The notes beneath the pieces were generated by a model, which saw only the letters and a list, made by a program, of their open reading frames with translations, did no database searches and was not told where the DNA came from. From Phoronis australis (taxonomy: Eukaryota; Animalia; Phoronida), in contig NMRA01000038.1 of NCBI GenBank assembly GCA_002633005.1, positions 207,154-271,153 of the forward strand: a stretch of DNA of 64,000 bases, written 5' to 3'. Below are positions 54,201 to 64,000 of the stretch, piece by piece. Each line of letters starts with the position of its first letter. Positions within the stretch are counted from its first letter, which is position 1. A program made the position numbers and the translations under genes.

Positions 54201-57200
54201 TCTTGTGCAGAGTACTGTAGTTCAATTTGTTATTGGTGTAAAACTGTAATGGAAATTAATCGCTTCATTATGTCCATTTTTCTTAAGGTTTTCTTTACAT
54301 TAATAATTGTCGAGGGTTGTGGTGCAGCAGAAATGATACAGCAATACGCTTACATTTCATATGAAGGAAACACGTTGTTAGAGATTTGGTTATCATACGC
54401 TTTTCCTCTGCCCTGTTCTTGCGAAATTGCGCGCTTTTATGTCGTCATCATATTTATATTGTTAATGACAACTACATTTGCGTTACAAAATGTAGAGGTT
54501 CTTTCAAGATGCTATTGAATTTCAGTTATGCTAAAACATCGCCGAATTACTTGCTGGTTGATATTGTTGCCATTGACGTGAACTCTATGCAAGGGTTGGA
54601 CGGATAGAAAGCTCCTTTAAAATGGAAAGGTTCAATTAAATAATATTTTTCTGAGTTAGCTATTTCTCATCATTTTTCTCCATGTCTGATATCCTTCTTC
54701 AGATTGAGGCAGCTTTGATTCATGACGCCGTGTATGCGTTCGCTTATGCGTATCAAGGTATGACGAACAACAGCGCCCCAATTGACCACATGGAAACAAA
54801 CCTCGTTTGCGATATAAAGGAAAGCGCCATAACTCCGTGGGACAGAGGGGATTCGTTGTATAATTACATGAACATGGTCAGTACAGCAGGAGAAACATTG
54901 AAACAAGATTCTAAATTAAAAACTCGCTCCTAGCAACAAAAAGTTTTGCTGACGTTTTACATAGATAGACAATAACGACTTGTTCCAATGGGAAACAATT
55001 AGAATTCTATGGCGGAATCTCATGATATGATTGGTCTCAAAATGTTTTGCGTTTTAATGGATATTTTATGCATAAGTTAGACGCATCGTTTGATTTATCC
55101 AAAATAATGGCAGTACCGTAATGTTAAAATGAATTGGCGATATTCAGTGTAGCTCTGTGATGCATAGTTTAAGTAACCTTGACCTTGGTCCGATAAAAAA
55201 GACGTAAGAATGTAATGAGCAATATGTTTATTTGAAAACCTGACGTGTTGTGATAGTGTCTGACATATTTTTGGTCAACATTTAGAATAAAATGGAAGGT
55301 CTCACTGGAAAAGTTCGCTTTACTGAAGGGAGACGAACTCAGTTTGAGTTAGAAGTTTTGCAACTCACGGAGAGCGAAGATATGACGTTCGTAAGTAGGC
55401 GTGTTAGTTCGTTTACATAACTCATGACACACAGAAAATATAATAGGAAATACTATAGTCTCGTCCAACCTTTAATATTCATCGATGGCTGTCAACCTGG
55501 CATCAACTCATGTCTGTTAAAAGAAATACTTGTTGAAGACTGGCGGCACCAATCATTTTTCTTAACGTCTAATTTGGAAAAGTCACAAAATTGTCGGAGT
55601 GGTGTCTACCGTTCACCAAAAGTGCTCTGTCTGCGTCAAAAGTGTGAGCTAATACAAGATGCTTTATCTTACTCATATCGAGCACTACGTGCCGAGTAGT
55701 TCATAGTTTACTCAGTTTGGTCACTAGAGGGCGCAATCATTAATACAGGTGACAGTTTCAGTGTTCCTACAAGAGAAATGTGTAATGGCCACTTCAGTTG
55801 GCGGCGACACGCGAGTTGCGCTGAATAATCGCCCATTTCTCTAACCTTTGGAAGTTCAGTAACAAAGTTGGTTTTCTGACTAATTTCTCTATTCTCAACA
55901 TCTCTATCAATAATATTTTCAAGCATGAACTGTGAGTGCCCTGCATGTTTATCCGACGCGACAGAAGCCTCGTCTGATTGAGATGTGGCCTAATAATCCG
56001 TTTTTACCTTTTCTGCCCAACGTGATGAGTAATATCCATAAGAGAACAAGTGAAGTGTTATCTTATGGGTATAAACAAGTGTAACCCTTTGTTCCTTTGT
56101 CTGCGTAGATTGGAAACTGGAATTCTTCAGCACCAGAAGAGAAAAGTGGTCTTAACATCACGGCACCTATTGAATTTCTGGCGGAAGTAGGGGATTTTAG
56201 AAACAAAACCTTGATCGTAACATCCGTGCTGGTAAGTTGGCCTATTACCAGGATATCCTCCCAAAATCTTGTGGTAGCGTTTATGGTCAACACAATTTTA
56301 GAATGCTCAGCATTTGCTAGTCACGAACACGTGACAGGGGAACAATCATCCATCTTACGCGTTTCAAACATTTCCATCAGTATACGCGTATTTGTTCGTT
56401 TGTAGTTGGTGCTTGTTTTGTGTTGTCTTCTATGATTTTATCTTACAGAGGCCACTCATTGTCACTATTGTTCTGGTAGGTCACGTGATCATGCCGCCAT
56501 ATTGGGTGAACGTTTTGAGTGCCATGCTAAAGCGCATTAAAAACAACGCATGAGCTTCGTAGCTGTGTTTGCATATTTGACATATGCCCTCTTGTCCATG
56601 TGTCTTCAAAAAGACAGAATGTATAGCAGTGCAATATAAAGTTGTTTTGTTAAAATGAAGTTTCAAAATAGCTTTTCTATTTCCAGGCACTGTTATTTTG
56701 GACTATTGGCAGTACATATCATGATTTGTTACGTGGTATATACATAATGTAATATTGACGTTTTTTCGGACCTACCTGCTCTCAGATAGTTTTTTTAAAT
56801 CATAATAGCAAAAATAATATTTCCAATGGTCACCGATGACGTTCTCTGAAGCAGAATTCACATTCCTTCGAAACTGTTGATCAACCAGGTAAATTCTACA
56901 AATCTTCCTCAACAAGCGCAATTTTACACTGTGTAACGCCAACCTAATTGTTGAAGAATATGTTGCAAACAATAATTAGGCAAGCTTATCAATTTGGAGG
57001 GCATAGATTTTGTGAGTCATGTATTGTCACGTGACCCAGATACCTCTCTGATTGGTTGAGCCCGTATCTGCTCTTGATGCCCACCGCTCAACATGCAAAA
57101 ATATACCAGCAGAAATCTATTTTCTTCAGGAGAGCTGCAGGTCCGATTTTGTTGATCAAGAGGTTTGAAGGAATGGTTCACATTGTTGGCAGAATAGTGT

Positions 57201-60200
57201 TGTAGAGAATTTGTGGACAATGATAAACGGAATTAAATACCTGGTCTAACTTATTGTGTGGCTGCTGCATTTCAGCTAATTCCAACTAGTTATTGAAGAA
57301 CGAATTTACATTGTCCTCGATTTAAAATAGCATCGCGTTAACAAATAGATTTTAGTTTCCTTTTAGTATACGTGAAAATAATGAGTGTACACGATGTAGT
57401 GGAAATAGCGTATTAGTCCAAAACTGTCGACGGTGTGAATTCTTTCATACTTAAGAACTCGAGTCGCACTTCAGGATGCGTGATAGGTTAATTTTCAAAT
57501 CGAGTCTCAAGCAACTAGCGGTGCCGGGGTCATGGGACCTGGTTCCTGTGTCTTCTTGCTGTACTTGAAAGAAATTCGACATCCAAAATTGACCAATTGC
57601 AGGATAGTTCGACTTAGTTAGTCCACCAACGCCTACCTAATGAGGCACGGTTGGTGAACCATATGGCTAACTGGCCAAACGATGGTTATCACATGGCCAC
57701 AACAATTGAGTGAAAATATATACTGAATATCTCACACAGAACAAACTCAGACTTATCTATCAATAAACTTTTAGCCTTCCAATGTTCTTTTGCACTTGCA
57801 CTTAAGTTAAACCTAATCGTGCACTTTATCACCAGTGCAATTTACTTAGCCACATCTTAAAAATGTAAGTTGCCTACCATGTCCTATCTTGGAGATGCCC
57901 CCAATTGTTTTGTTCAGTTGACCTTGTACAAAATCCCCATACTCATAGCAAAACATTGGAAAGGAGATCATGATTTTTTCTCTGTGCACTTGTATCCTAA
58001 GTATTGTTCACGTTAAGTGTTTCTTCACACATTGTTTAGTATACTTTATGGTATCAATCAAAACGTAATTTGGTTGCGCAATACCGTCACAAGACTATCG
58101 TCTGTCCGCCTTTGACGACCAAAGGCAACGTATCGCTTACTTTCAAGTTAAAAATTTGTACTCGAATCACACGGCGTGATTGGTTGATTTTTTAGTCTGA
58201 TTCGGGTATCATATTTTCCTAGCCCAAGAAAAAAACTTCAACTTCTAGTGTCGTTCTTCAATACGCATACTGCAAAGTCATCAAACTGCGCTGTACTGTT
58301 CATCACGCCAACAACTATTTGCAAACTCACCACTAAGCCACTTAATACTTCGCAGTATGGAACATTCTAGAACCTTTTCAGGAACAGCCGTACGTCATGA
58401 GGAAAGAACTCGAGAAGGGAAAGCCTTCTCGTCCTGGTGAAGACGAGTACGAGGGGTTCTGCATCGACTTGTTGAACAAACTGGCTAAGGAAATGAATTT
58501 CAAGTACAGAATCTATTTGGCGCCTGACGGAAACTATGGGCAAAAGGTCGACGGGAAATGGGACGGCGTCATCAAGGAACTGATCGACAGAGTGAGCAAA
58601 GACAATGGGCTTGTTTCATATGCATAGTTATTAAAGATTCAGTCGGAAATTTCGCATTAGACCCCACAAAGAAATAATTTAGTCTCAGTTCAACTAAGTA
58701 GGATGTGCTAGAGAATAAATCTAGCATCGCTAGTTCGTCCTTTAAGAATGTATTCACTACGTTAAGTGCTAACAATTACGCTGCAAAAACTCTAATTTCT
58801 ATAATAGCGATAGCGTAAGGGAACAATGGGATTGAAACCTCTAAGTCCTTTAGCATTAAAATGTCCCTTTGAGTATATTGCAGTCTCAACTTGTTTGCAA
58901 ATGAATCGGGAAATAAAGAGATTTGAAAACGTCAGAATTCATTTGTTCAATTGATAAAACATTAGTCTGACGTCAAGAGTGGAACATGGCTTCGCCATTT
59001 GTCGGATTGCTATCCAATACCTGCCGTATTCTCTGAGAACACATCTCCGGTCACAGAAACTGAAATCCATCTTTTATATCAGCGAGAATGATCACATGTT
59101 GGCTTCATCCTATCTATTTGGTTGTCATAACAATGCACCTGTAAGTCATCAATTGCATCCAATCTATTGCGACGCCATCACGTGGCAGGAAATGATTGAA
59201 AACGACCTACATAATATCAAAATTCATGATGTATTTAGGATAAGGCCGATCTTAGAAAATGATTAGCAATTTATCAGGTCTTAGGCTTCAGGACTGAGAT
59301 AACGAAACTTAATGAACGTTGATTAATGACACTTTATCTGCTCATGTGGAACTAAGGTTTCACCAAGCAGATAAAAGTTAATTATATTCAATTATGTTGC
59401 TCTTCTAGTTTTAATTCTTAAGGACACTTTCCATTTGAACGTAAAATGCATCGTTTTATACGTGCATACGAGAACGTGAAATCCCATCTGTTACCACACT
59501 TGGCATGTGGATCACGCATTACGCATTACGCATTTATGGAAACGAGGCTTAAGAATTATCGTATGTCGAATTTTGGTGATTGCAGAAAGCAGACATGGCG
59601 CTGGGAATGCTGACTATCAACTACCAGCGAGAGCACGTTGTCGACTTTACAAAGCCCTTCATGAGTCTCGGCATCAGCATCTTGTTCAAGGTGCCCAAGC
59701 GCGAGACGCCAGGCCTCTTTTCCTTTCTCAACCCGCTCGCCCTCGACATCTGGCTGTACGTGATCGTCGCCTACGTCCTAGTCAGTCTCACCATGTTCAT
59801 ACTGGCGAGATTCAGCCCGTACGAGTGGTACAACCCACATCCGTGCAACGAGGAGACTGACACGGTAGCTAATCTGTTCAACTTATCTAACAGCTTCTGG
59901 TTCTCCGTGGGTACTCTGATGCAGCAAGGTTCTGACATCAATCCACGCGCGATATCCACGCGACTGGTGGGAGGAGTGTGGTGGTTCTTCACGCTCATCA
60001 TTATATCCTCCTACACAGCCAACTTAGCAGCCTTCCTTACTGTTGAGAGAATGATCAGTCCGATAGAGAACGCAGAAGATCTTGTGAATAATCCTGAGGG
60101 TATTACGTATGGAACGAGAGATAGCGGCACAACCAAGACATTCTTCAACGTAAGTCGGGATATCAACATTTTGAACATCGCTTCGCTGCCTAGTATCAAA

Positions 60201-63200
60201 CGAAAGTGACATCTCATAATGATAGCAAGTTTCATAAAATTGCAGATTTAATAAATCATAAGATGTTGGAGTGAATTCGATCCAAGCAGTAGATGAAATG
60301 TGGAAGCCATGACTTCTTAGCTGTTAGGTTTTTTGTTCGAGACCCAGTATGTGGCGCCGCCATTGTTGCATCGTGTAGCAAACGTGTGTTCCGTAACCGA
60401 AAGACACTCACGAGGCACTTGTTGCGAGAACTATTCACTTATGGCATTTTTCACCTTGGTCAACATTCCAGCCTTGCCGATTATTCAGTTCAGAGGCGGC
60501 CATATTGCAAGTTTAGTCAAGTAAGGTCCCTAGTCTTCTCGCCAGACTCTCATTTCCCTCGGGTGATTTTGCGTAGCCTTGCGTGATCTCGCTTTTCATA
60601 CATGTTCCGCTGTGGAACCCAATAACAACCGCATCACATTGAATGCAGCAAACCAAGTTATTACAACGGGACGCCTTTGTGTCGTGAATACTTATTATTT
60701 TACTTTCACGGCCGGGACTCGAGTTCAGTATTCTTTCGAATCCGTGATAACTGGCTGTCCATTTCAGAGCTGCGTCAGCTGTTGGCTGTATTAAAGCCCC
60801 ATGCAGCGCCATATTTGAAAATAGTTATTTTGGTTCATGTTTGGAGTAAAACCTCTTGTTTTGTTTTGTTTTGTTTTCTTTTCTTTTTTTTTCTTTAGTT
60901 CGGCGAGTACGACCTTATCAACCTAATTAGTGTTCCGCGGTCTGTAAAGGCGAAGGCAACCTTTTTCCTAAAATAAGGTTTGTTTTTTATCCTAGACATA
61001 TTTTCCACTTAATTACAGCTTTTTGTAATTTTATAAATTACTCGTCCGCTACTCCGGAAGTGACGTTTTAGGAGGCAAGCATTTCGCGCCAATTTCTTTT
61101 CATATCTGACTGTGAGAGCTGCCGAGTCAGTCATTGTTCTACCTCGGTTGTGTTAAGTTCCGCCGTCGTTTGCTTTCATTTACTAGTGAGTCAACATGCC
61201 ACACTGTTGCTGCGTACCAGGATGTACTAATTATCGGCTCACGCGCGCTTTGGGAGTACCTTTGCATCGCTTTCCTATGGATGACACACTTCGCCGTACT
61301 TGGCTCGTTCGTGTGAAGAACGTAGCGTTACCCGTCCACGCAACGTACAAGGCAGTGGACAATTACCGTGTGTGTGGCAAGCACTTTCTGCCGTCCGATT
61401 ACGAAAGGGATTTGTACGCTGAACTGATTGAGGTCTCTGCGAAACAACGTCTGAAGAAGGATGCAATTCCGTCTGTGTTGATTCCCGGCAGTGCCCCGTC
61501 GCCACCCCCGAGAAGTGCGTTTTTGAAGCGAGAAGCCTCGCGAGCTGTGACCAGTACAGTGACTGGAGCCAGTGGAGGCACTTCATCTACTGTCACCCGT
61601 GCCTCCGAACGTACCCCAGAGCGTGAAATTCCTGGAACCAGTAGTGATTCGCCCTGTGCTGTTTTCTCCAGCCCAGAGCCTCTAAGCAGCCCTGCAGCGA
61701 TATTGAGTAGTGGGAGTGATTACAGGCNTCACAAGACCCTTCTGTCTTCGTCAAAACCTACGATGATGGAGTGGAGCGAGTCAAGAATGAAAAATACGCT
61801 TTGTTGATGGAGTCGACGACCTTAGATTACAGAGTGCAGAGAGACTGTGAACTGATGCAAGTTGGAGGACTGCTGAGCTCTAGCGGTTATGGGATCGCGA
61901 CACCAATTGGTAATTTTGTGCATGTGTCAAAATGAATGACATCTTTGTCTACACCCGATCTCCTGTTAGAAAACAGTGCTTTAGACATACATGCTTTGTT
62001 TGCAGTGATGACGCTTGTGTTTCATTAAAAACCCATAGACAAAATGACTACTGTGGTTTGCCGCGAATGTTAATGCAATTCAAAAAGGTAATTTTAAGCA
62101 TGTAAACTGATTGTTATGAGGACAGTGTCTAATATCAGAACTCAGACTCAGACTCTCGAAACTTTTTGAGTCGATTTCCAAATACAGAGATTTGATGCCG
62201 GGCCCTGACATTGCTTGTTTAAGCTCACTTGTCCTAAAATCATGGAAGTGTGTGCTTTAGATGTAGGTTCCTTTGTGTTGCGAATATGGTTCAGCACAGC
62301 GATCATGTGGAGCAGTCATCAGCTAATTTGTTGCAAATGTCGGAGTTAACTATGAACTAGTATCCAGTTGTTCTCATGTACAGGAACTGCAAAACGAGAG
62401 ACTTTAAAAACACCGTCTGGATATATTCTGGTTTTTGAGATCGCATTTATTTATTTTCAAGGACGACAGTTAAATCATAAAACTGTGAGCAATATTTATT
62501 GAGCATAAAAGTATGAGATACGTCATCTCAAGCAAAATAAGCTTATTTTCCAGATGGTCCTGACAAAATTGCATACAGCAAAAATAGTAATGAACAATGA
62601 AATAAACAATGAAAGGGACGTGAAGATACAATGGCAATCAATTGCAGTTCATTTGATAATACCAAAGTAGGAAATTGCGCGTATTTCAACAGGCACATCT
62701 AGACACAATGAACCAGTATTTCTTTTTTAAGGCCTAGTTTTCTCTAGTCACACGTTTATTGTTTTACGAACAGGATCTCCATATAGAGACTCGCTGTCAA
62801 TGAACATTTTGGATCTTCAAGAGAGAGGTGAAATTCAGGAACTGTATCTAAAATGGTGGAAGAACACTGGACAGACTTGTAATCGGGAAGAAGAGAAGAA
62901 CTCGAAAGCTAATGAACTGCGCATGGAGAATGTCGGGGGCATATTTGTGGTTCTGTTGGGTGGACTGGCTTTAGCAGTCGTGGTGGCGATTGTGGAGTTT
63001 ATATGGAACTCGAAGAGAAACGCTCGAGCAGACAAGGTATGTTTTGCTCGTTGTTCAAAAACTTGTACATGTACAAGGAATGTTCTGCTGGTTGTTCAGA
63101 GAATTGTACATGTACATTCGAAACTGTACAAGTCATTACGATGTTGTGTTAGAGGTTAACTCGTAACAGTAAACTGAAAGGGTCTTCCCAGATTTCAACC

Positions 63201-63712
63201 TATGGGAATGACTGAATGTTATGACTTCAGTTTCATTACTTTAACGAATGGGAAGCCATGATAAAGAACATTCCATAATGCAACCTTTTGTAGCGCTGTG
63301 AAAGAGTGTAATAAACCACAGCCAAAAGTAAATAGATGCTCCACAGTTTTGCGAACAGGCTGCCGAAGAAAAATCTACCGTAGTTTGTGTCAAGCCTACA
63401 TCGGCTTTATTTTTCCACGATAAGACAGATACCTTAACACTTTCTATCTCTTTTAAGCAATCACTGTGCTCAGAAATGACGGAAGAGTTACGCTTCGCTC
63501 TACGGTGCGTTGGCTCAGATAAGAAGTCGAGAGTGAAAAGATCTTGCTCGGGTTGTAAGAAACTTGGAGAACAACATTCTCACAATGGTGACATAACCCA
63601 AACGGAAGTGATTAACGGGTTAATACCGCTTTCAGAAAGGCCGCATCAAGATAGGGACGGGATGGCGACTCGAGTTTACCTCGATCGTCGAGGGGATGAG
63701 TATGCGGTTTAA
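45107..63712 (+). CDS. GRIK2-like: Ionotropic glutamate receptor, kainate-type (spliced; 13 coding exons traced; first signal-peptide exon not located; one exon truncated by an assembly gap)
   Basis: The joined exons (45107-45268, 50140-50400, 51911-52083, 53191-53244, 53589-53756, 54703-54876, 55286-55390, 56109-56231, 58382-58591, 59586-60149, <61729-61909, 62774-63036, 63458-63712) are phase-consistent with GT-AG borders. They give ATD, S1 ([29 protein letters not shown]), M1-M2 (LMQQG), M3 (SYTANLAAF), S2 (LMESTT, GYGIATP), M4 and a C-tail. TPIGSPYRD (I rather than the AMPA-type K) points to the kainate class. The symbol is family-level only. Confidence 0.95.
46717..47286. mobile_element. 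570-bp P-element-superfamily-like MITE in an iGluR intron, 7-bp TSD GTGTAAC
   Basis: Termini CATAGAGTATAG and CTGTAATCTATG; GTGTAAC at 46710-46716 and 47287-47293. Confidence 0.75.
48594..49123. mobile_element. TIR-bounded non-autonomous element; diverged relative at ~20636-21000
   Basis: GGTTATGTAGGAC pairs with GTCCTACATAGTC; internal blocks (aactcagt..gaaagaagaaa, taaaattt..aaaaaagaaa, gcaaaa.tggaac) are shared with the 20.6-kb region. Confidence 0.6.
50140..50400 (+). CDS. iGluR exon, ATD ([15 protein letters not shown]...CYALQIPHL...SINLFP)
   Basis: ttccag acceptor and cacg|gtaagt donor, phase 1/1; conserved ATD cysteine pair. Confidence 0.92.
51911..52083 (+). CDS. iGluR exon, ATD (GLFKLRGLI...TLLKV)
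   Basis: tttcag acceptor and gtc|gtaagt donor, phase 1/0. Confidence 0.9.
52220..52567. mobile_element. Tc1/mariner-like MITE
   Basis: aaggtgtctcgaaaatgtactcacatttca pairs with tgaaatgttagtacattttgagacacctt; the right end is followed by tg-TA. Confidence 0.55.
53191..53244 (+). CDS. iGluR 54-nt exon, ATD ([18 protein letters not shown]); absent from the ORF track
   Basis: aatag acceptor and ttg|gtaagc donor, phase 0/0; fits the AxxxGM...YHY..T.LD segment of kainate ATDs. Confidence 0.88.
53589..53756 (+). CDS. iGluR exon, ATD ([20 protein letters not shown]...NDRIR)
   Basis: ccgcag acceptor and agg|gtgtgt donor, phase 0/0; LDLEDY motif. Confidence 0.85.
54703..54876 (+). CDS. iGluR exon, ATD ([10 protein letters not shown]...[14 protein letters not shown])
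   Basis: cttcag acceptor and atg|gtcagt donor; AAL..DAV and C...PW..G motifs. Confidence 0.92.
55286..55390 (+). CDS. iGluR exon, ATD ([22 protein letters not shown]...); absent from the ORF track
   Basis: tttag acceptor and ttc|gtaagt donor; GLTG..F..G.R motif. Confidence 0.92.
56109..56231 (+). CDS. iGluR exon, ATD-S1 linker (IGNWNS...[10 protein letters not shown])
   Basis: cgtag acceptor and ctg|gtaagt donor; IG.W and N.TLIVT motifs. Confidence 0.92.
58382..58591 (+). CDS. iGluR exon, S1 (EQPYVM...YEGFCIDLL...[11 protein letters not shown])
   Basis: tttcag acceptor and aga|gtgagc donor; hallmark S1 sequence. Confidence 0.96.
59586..60149 (+). CDS. iGluR exon, end of S1, M1, M2 pore loop (Q at the Q/R site), M3, start of S2
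   Basis: tgcag acceptor and aac|gtaagt donor; 188 codons containing [15 protein letters not shown]. Confidence 0.98.
61054..61066 (+). promoter_or_regulatory. Overlapping ETS/CRE-like motif CCGGAAGTGACGT upstream of the THAP ORF
   Basis: Exact match to the composite ETS-CRE consensus, 130 nt before the ATG. Confidence 0.4.
61196..61727 (+). CDS. THAP zinc-finger protein, N-terminus of a probable transposase (truncated by the assembly gap)
   Basis: C-x4-C (CVPGC), HRFP, W, VCGKHF and AIPSV give a complete THAP signature, followed by a Ser/Pro-rich linker; open up to the N at 61728. Confidence 0.9.
61729..61909 (+). CDS. iGluR exon, S2 (5' part missing at the N at 61728): [18 protein letters not shown]...[10 protein letters not shown]...GYGIATPIG
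   Basis: Open frame starts immediately after the N; attg|gtaatt donor, phase 1. The expected ~15-aa segment of the SKIxTYxKMW type was not found upstream. Confidence 0.93.
62774..63036 (+). CDS. iGluR exon, end of S2 and M4 ([16 protein letters not shown]...KWW...NVGGIFVVL...RADK)
   Basis: aacag acceptor and aag|gtatgt donor, phase 1/0. Confidence 0.96.
63458..63712 (+). CDS. iGluR last coding exon, cytoplasmic tail ([17 protein letters not shown]...DEYAV*)
   Basis: ttttaag acceptor, TAA stop at 63710-63712; the SLCSEMxEELRFA motif is recalled from protostome kainate-type tails. Confidence 0.88.
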   Translation, partial: QSLCSEMTEELRFALRCVGSDKKSRVKRSCSGCKKLGEQHSHNGDITQTEVINGLIPLSERPHQDRDGMATRVYLDRRGDEYAV

Positions 63713-64000
63713 ACTTCTGCTGGTGTTGTTTGTGTGTGTGCGTTCAGTCTGGAAGCTGCAGTGCGTTTGTATCAAATTATCGTGTCTTCCAGAAGTACTC
63801 ATTGCGCAATCTCACGATTAGGAATGTAATCGGAAGTGAGTATCTTCCTGTGCTTTTGAGATACATGTAAGCACAGATGTCCTAATTTTAGAGTAAAACT
63901 TAACATTATTGTTATATTGTTATTTAGCGAAGACGACTTTTATTGTTTATCAGTTTTAGTGAGTCTTCTTTTACTGTCTGATTCGAGCCGGAATCTGTGC

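Larger units (their letters stand above)
60795..61727 (+). mobile_element. Probable Kolobok-type DNA transposon, left part, inside an iGluR intron
   Basis: TTAA (60791-60794) followed by AG..., about 400 nt upstream of the THAP ORF. Kolobok elements have TTAA TSDs, RR termini and THAP-bearing transposases. The right end is not visible. Confidence 0.55.

Noticed and set aside
53895-54518. 207-aa ORF
   Set aside because: Intronic, crosses an N, made of MITE-like sequence, no recognisable domain
60361-60380. Editing complementary sequence for the Q/R site (ttgttgcatc against gatgcagcaa)
   Set aside because: Only about 10 bp with a wobble; expected by chance and too short for an ADAR duplex
61196-61807. 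203-aa ORF read as one protein or as a THAP-receptor fusion
   Set aside because: It crosses an N; the sequence after the N is the receptor exon in a different frame

Overview
AT-rich (~38-40% GC by eye) eukaryotic genomic DNA, most likely from a marine invertebrate (lophotrochozoan-like; this is inference). It comes from a draft assembly with single-N scaffold joins. The one clear host gene is a multi-exon kainate-type ionotropic glutamate receptor on the + strand. I traced 13 coding exons from 45107 to the stop at 63712 with consistent GT-AG phases. The signal-peptide exon was not found, and about 15 codons of S2 are lost at the N at 61728. A THAP-domain, probably Kolobok-type, transposon sits in one intron. 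The first 45 kb is non-coding or intronic and rich in transposon debris: a Tx1/L1 3' end with a 16-bp TSD, a CR1-type RT fragment, MITEs with 2-, 5- and 7-bp TSDs, foldbacks carrying tRNA-like cassettes, and microsatellites. Three larger direct duplications abut single Ns and are probably uncollapsed alleles. The largest pair exposes insertion polymorphisms and a plausible transposon-footprint origin for the strongly enriched palindrome TACATGTA. Most ORFs in the supplied track are spurious. There is no CRISPR array, rRNA or intact tRNA, and I cannot claim a new multi-gene system.
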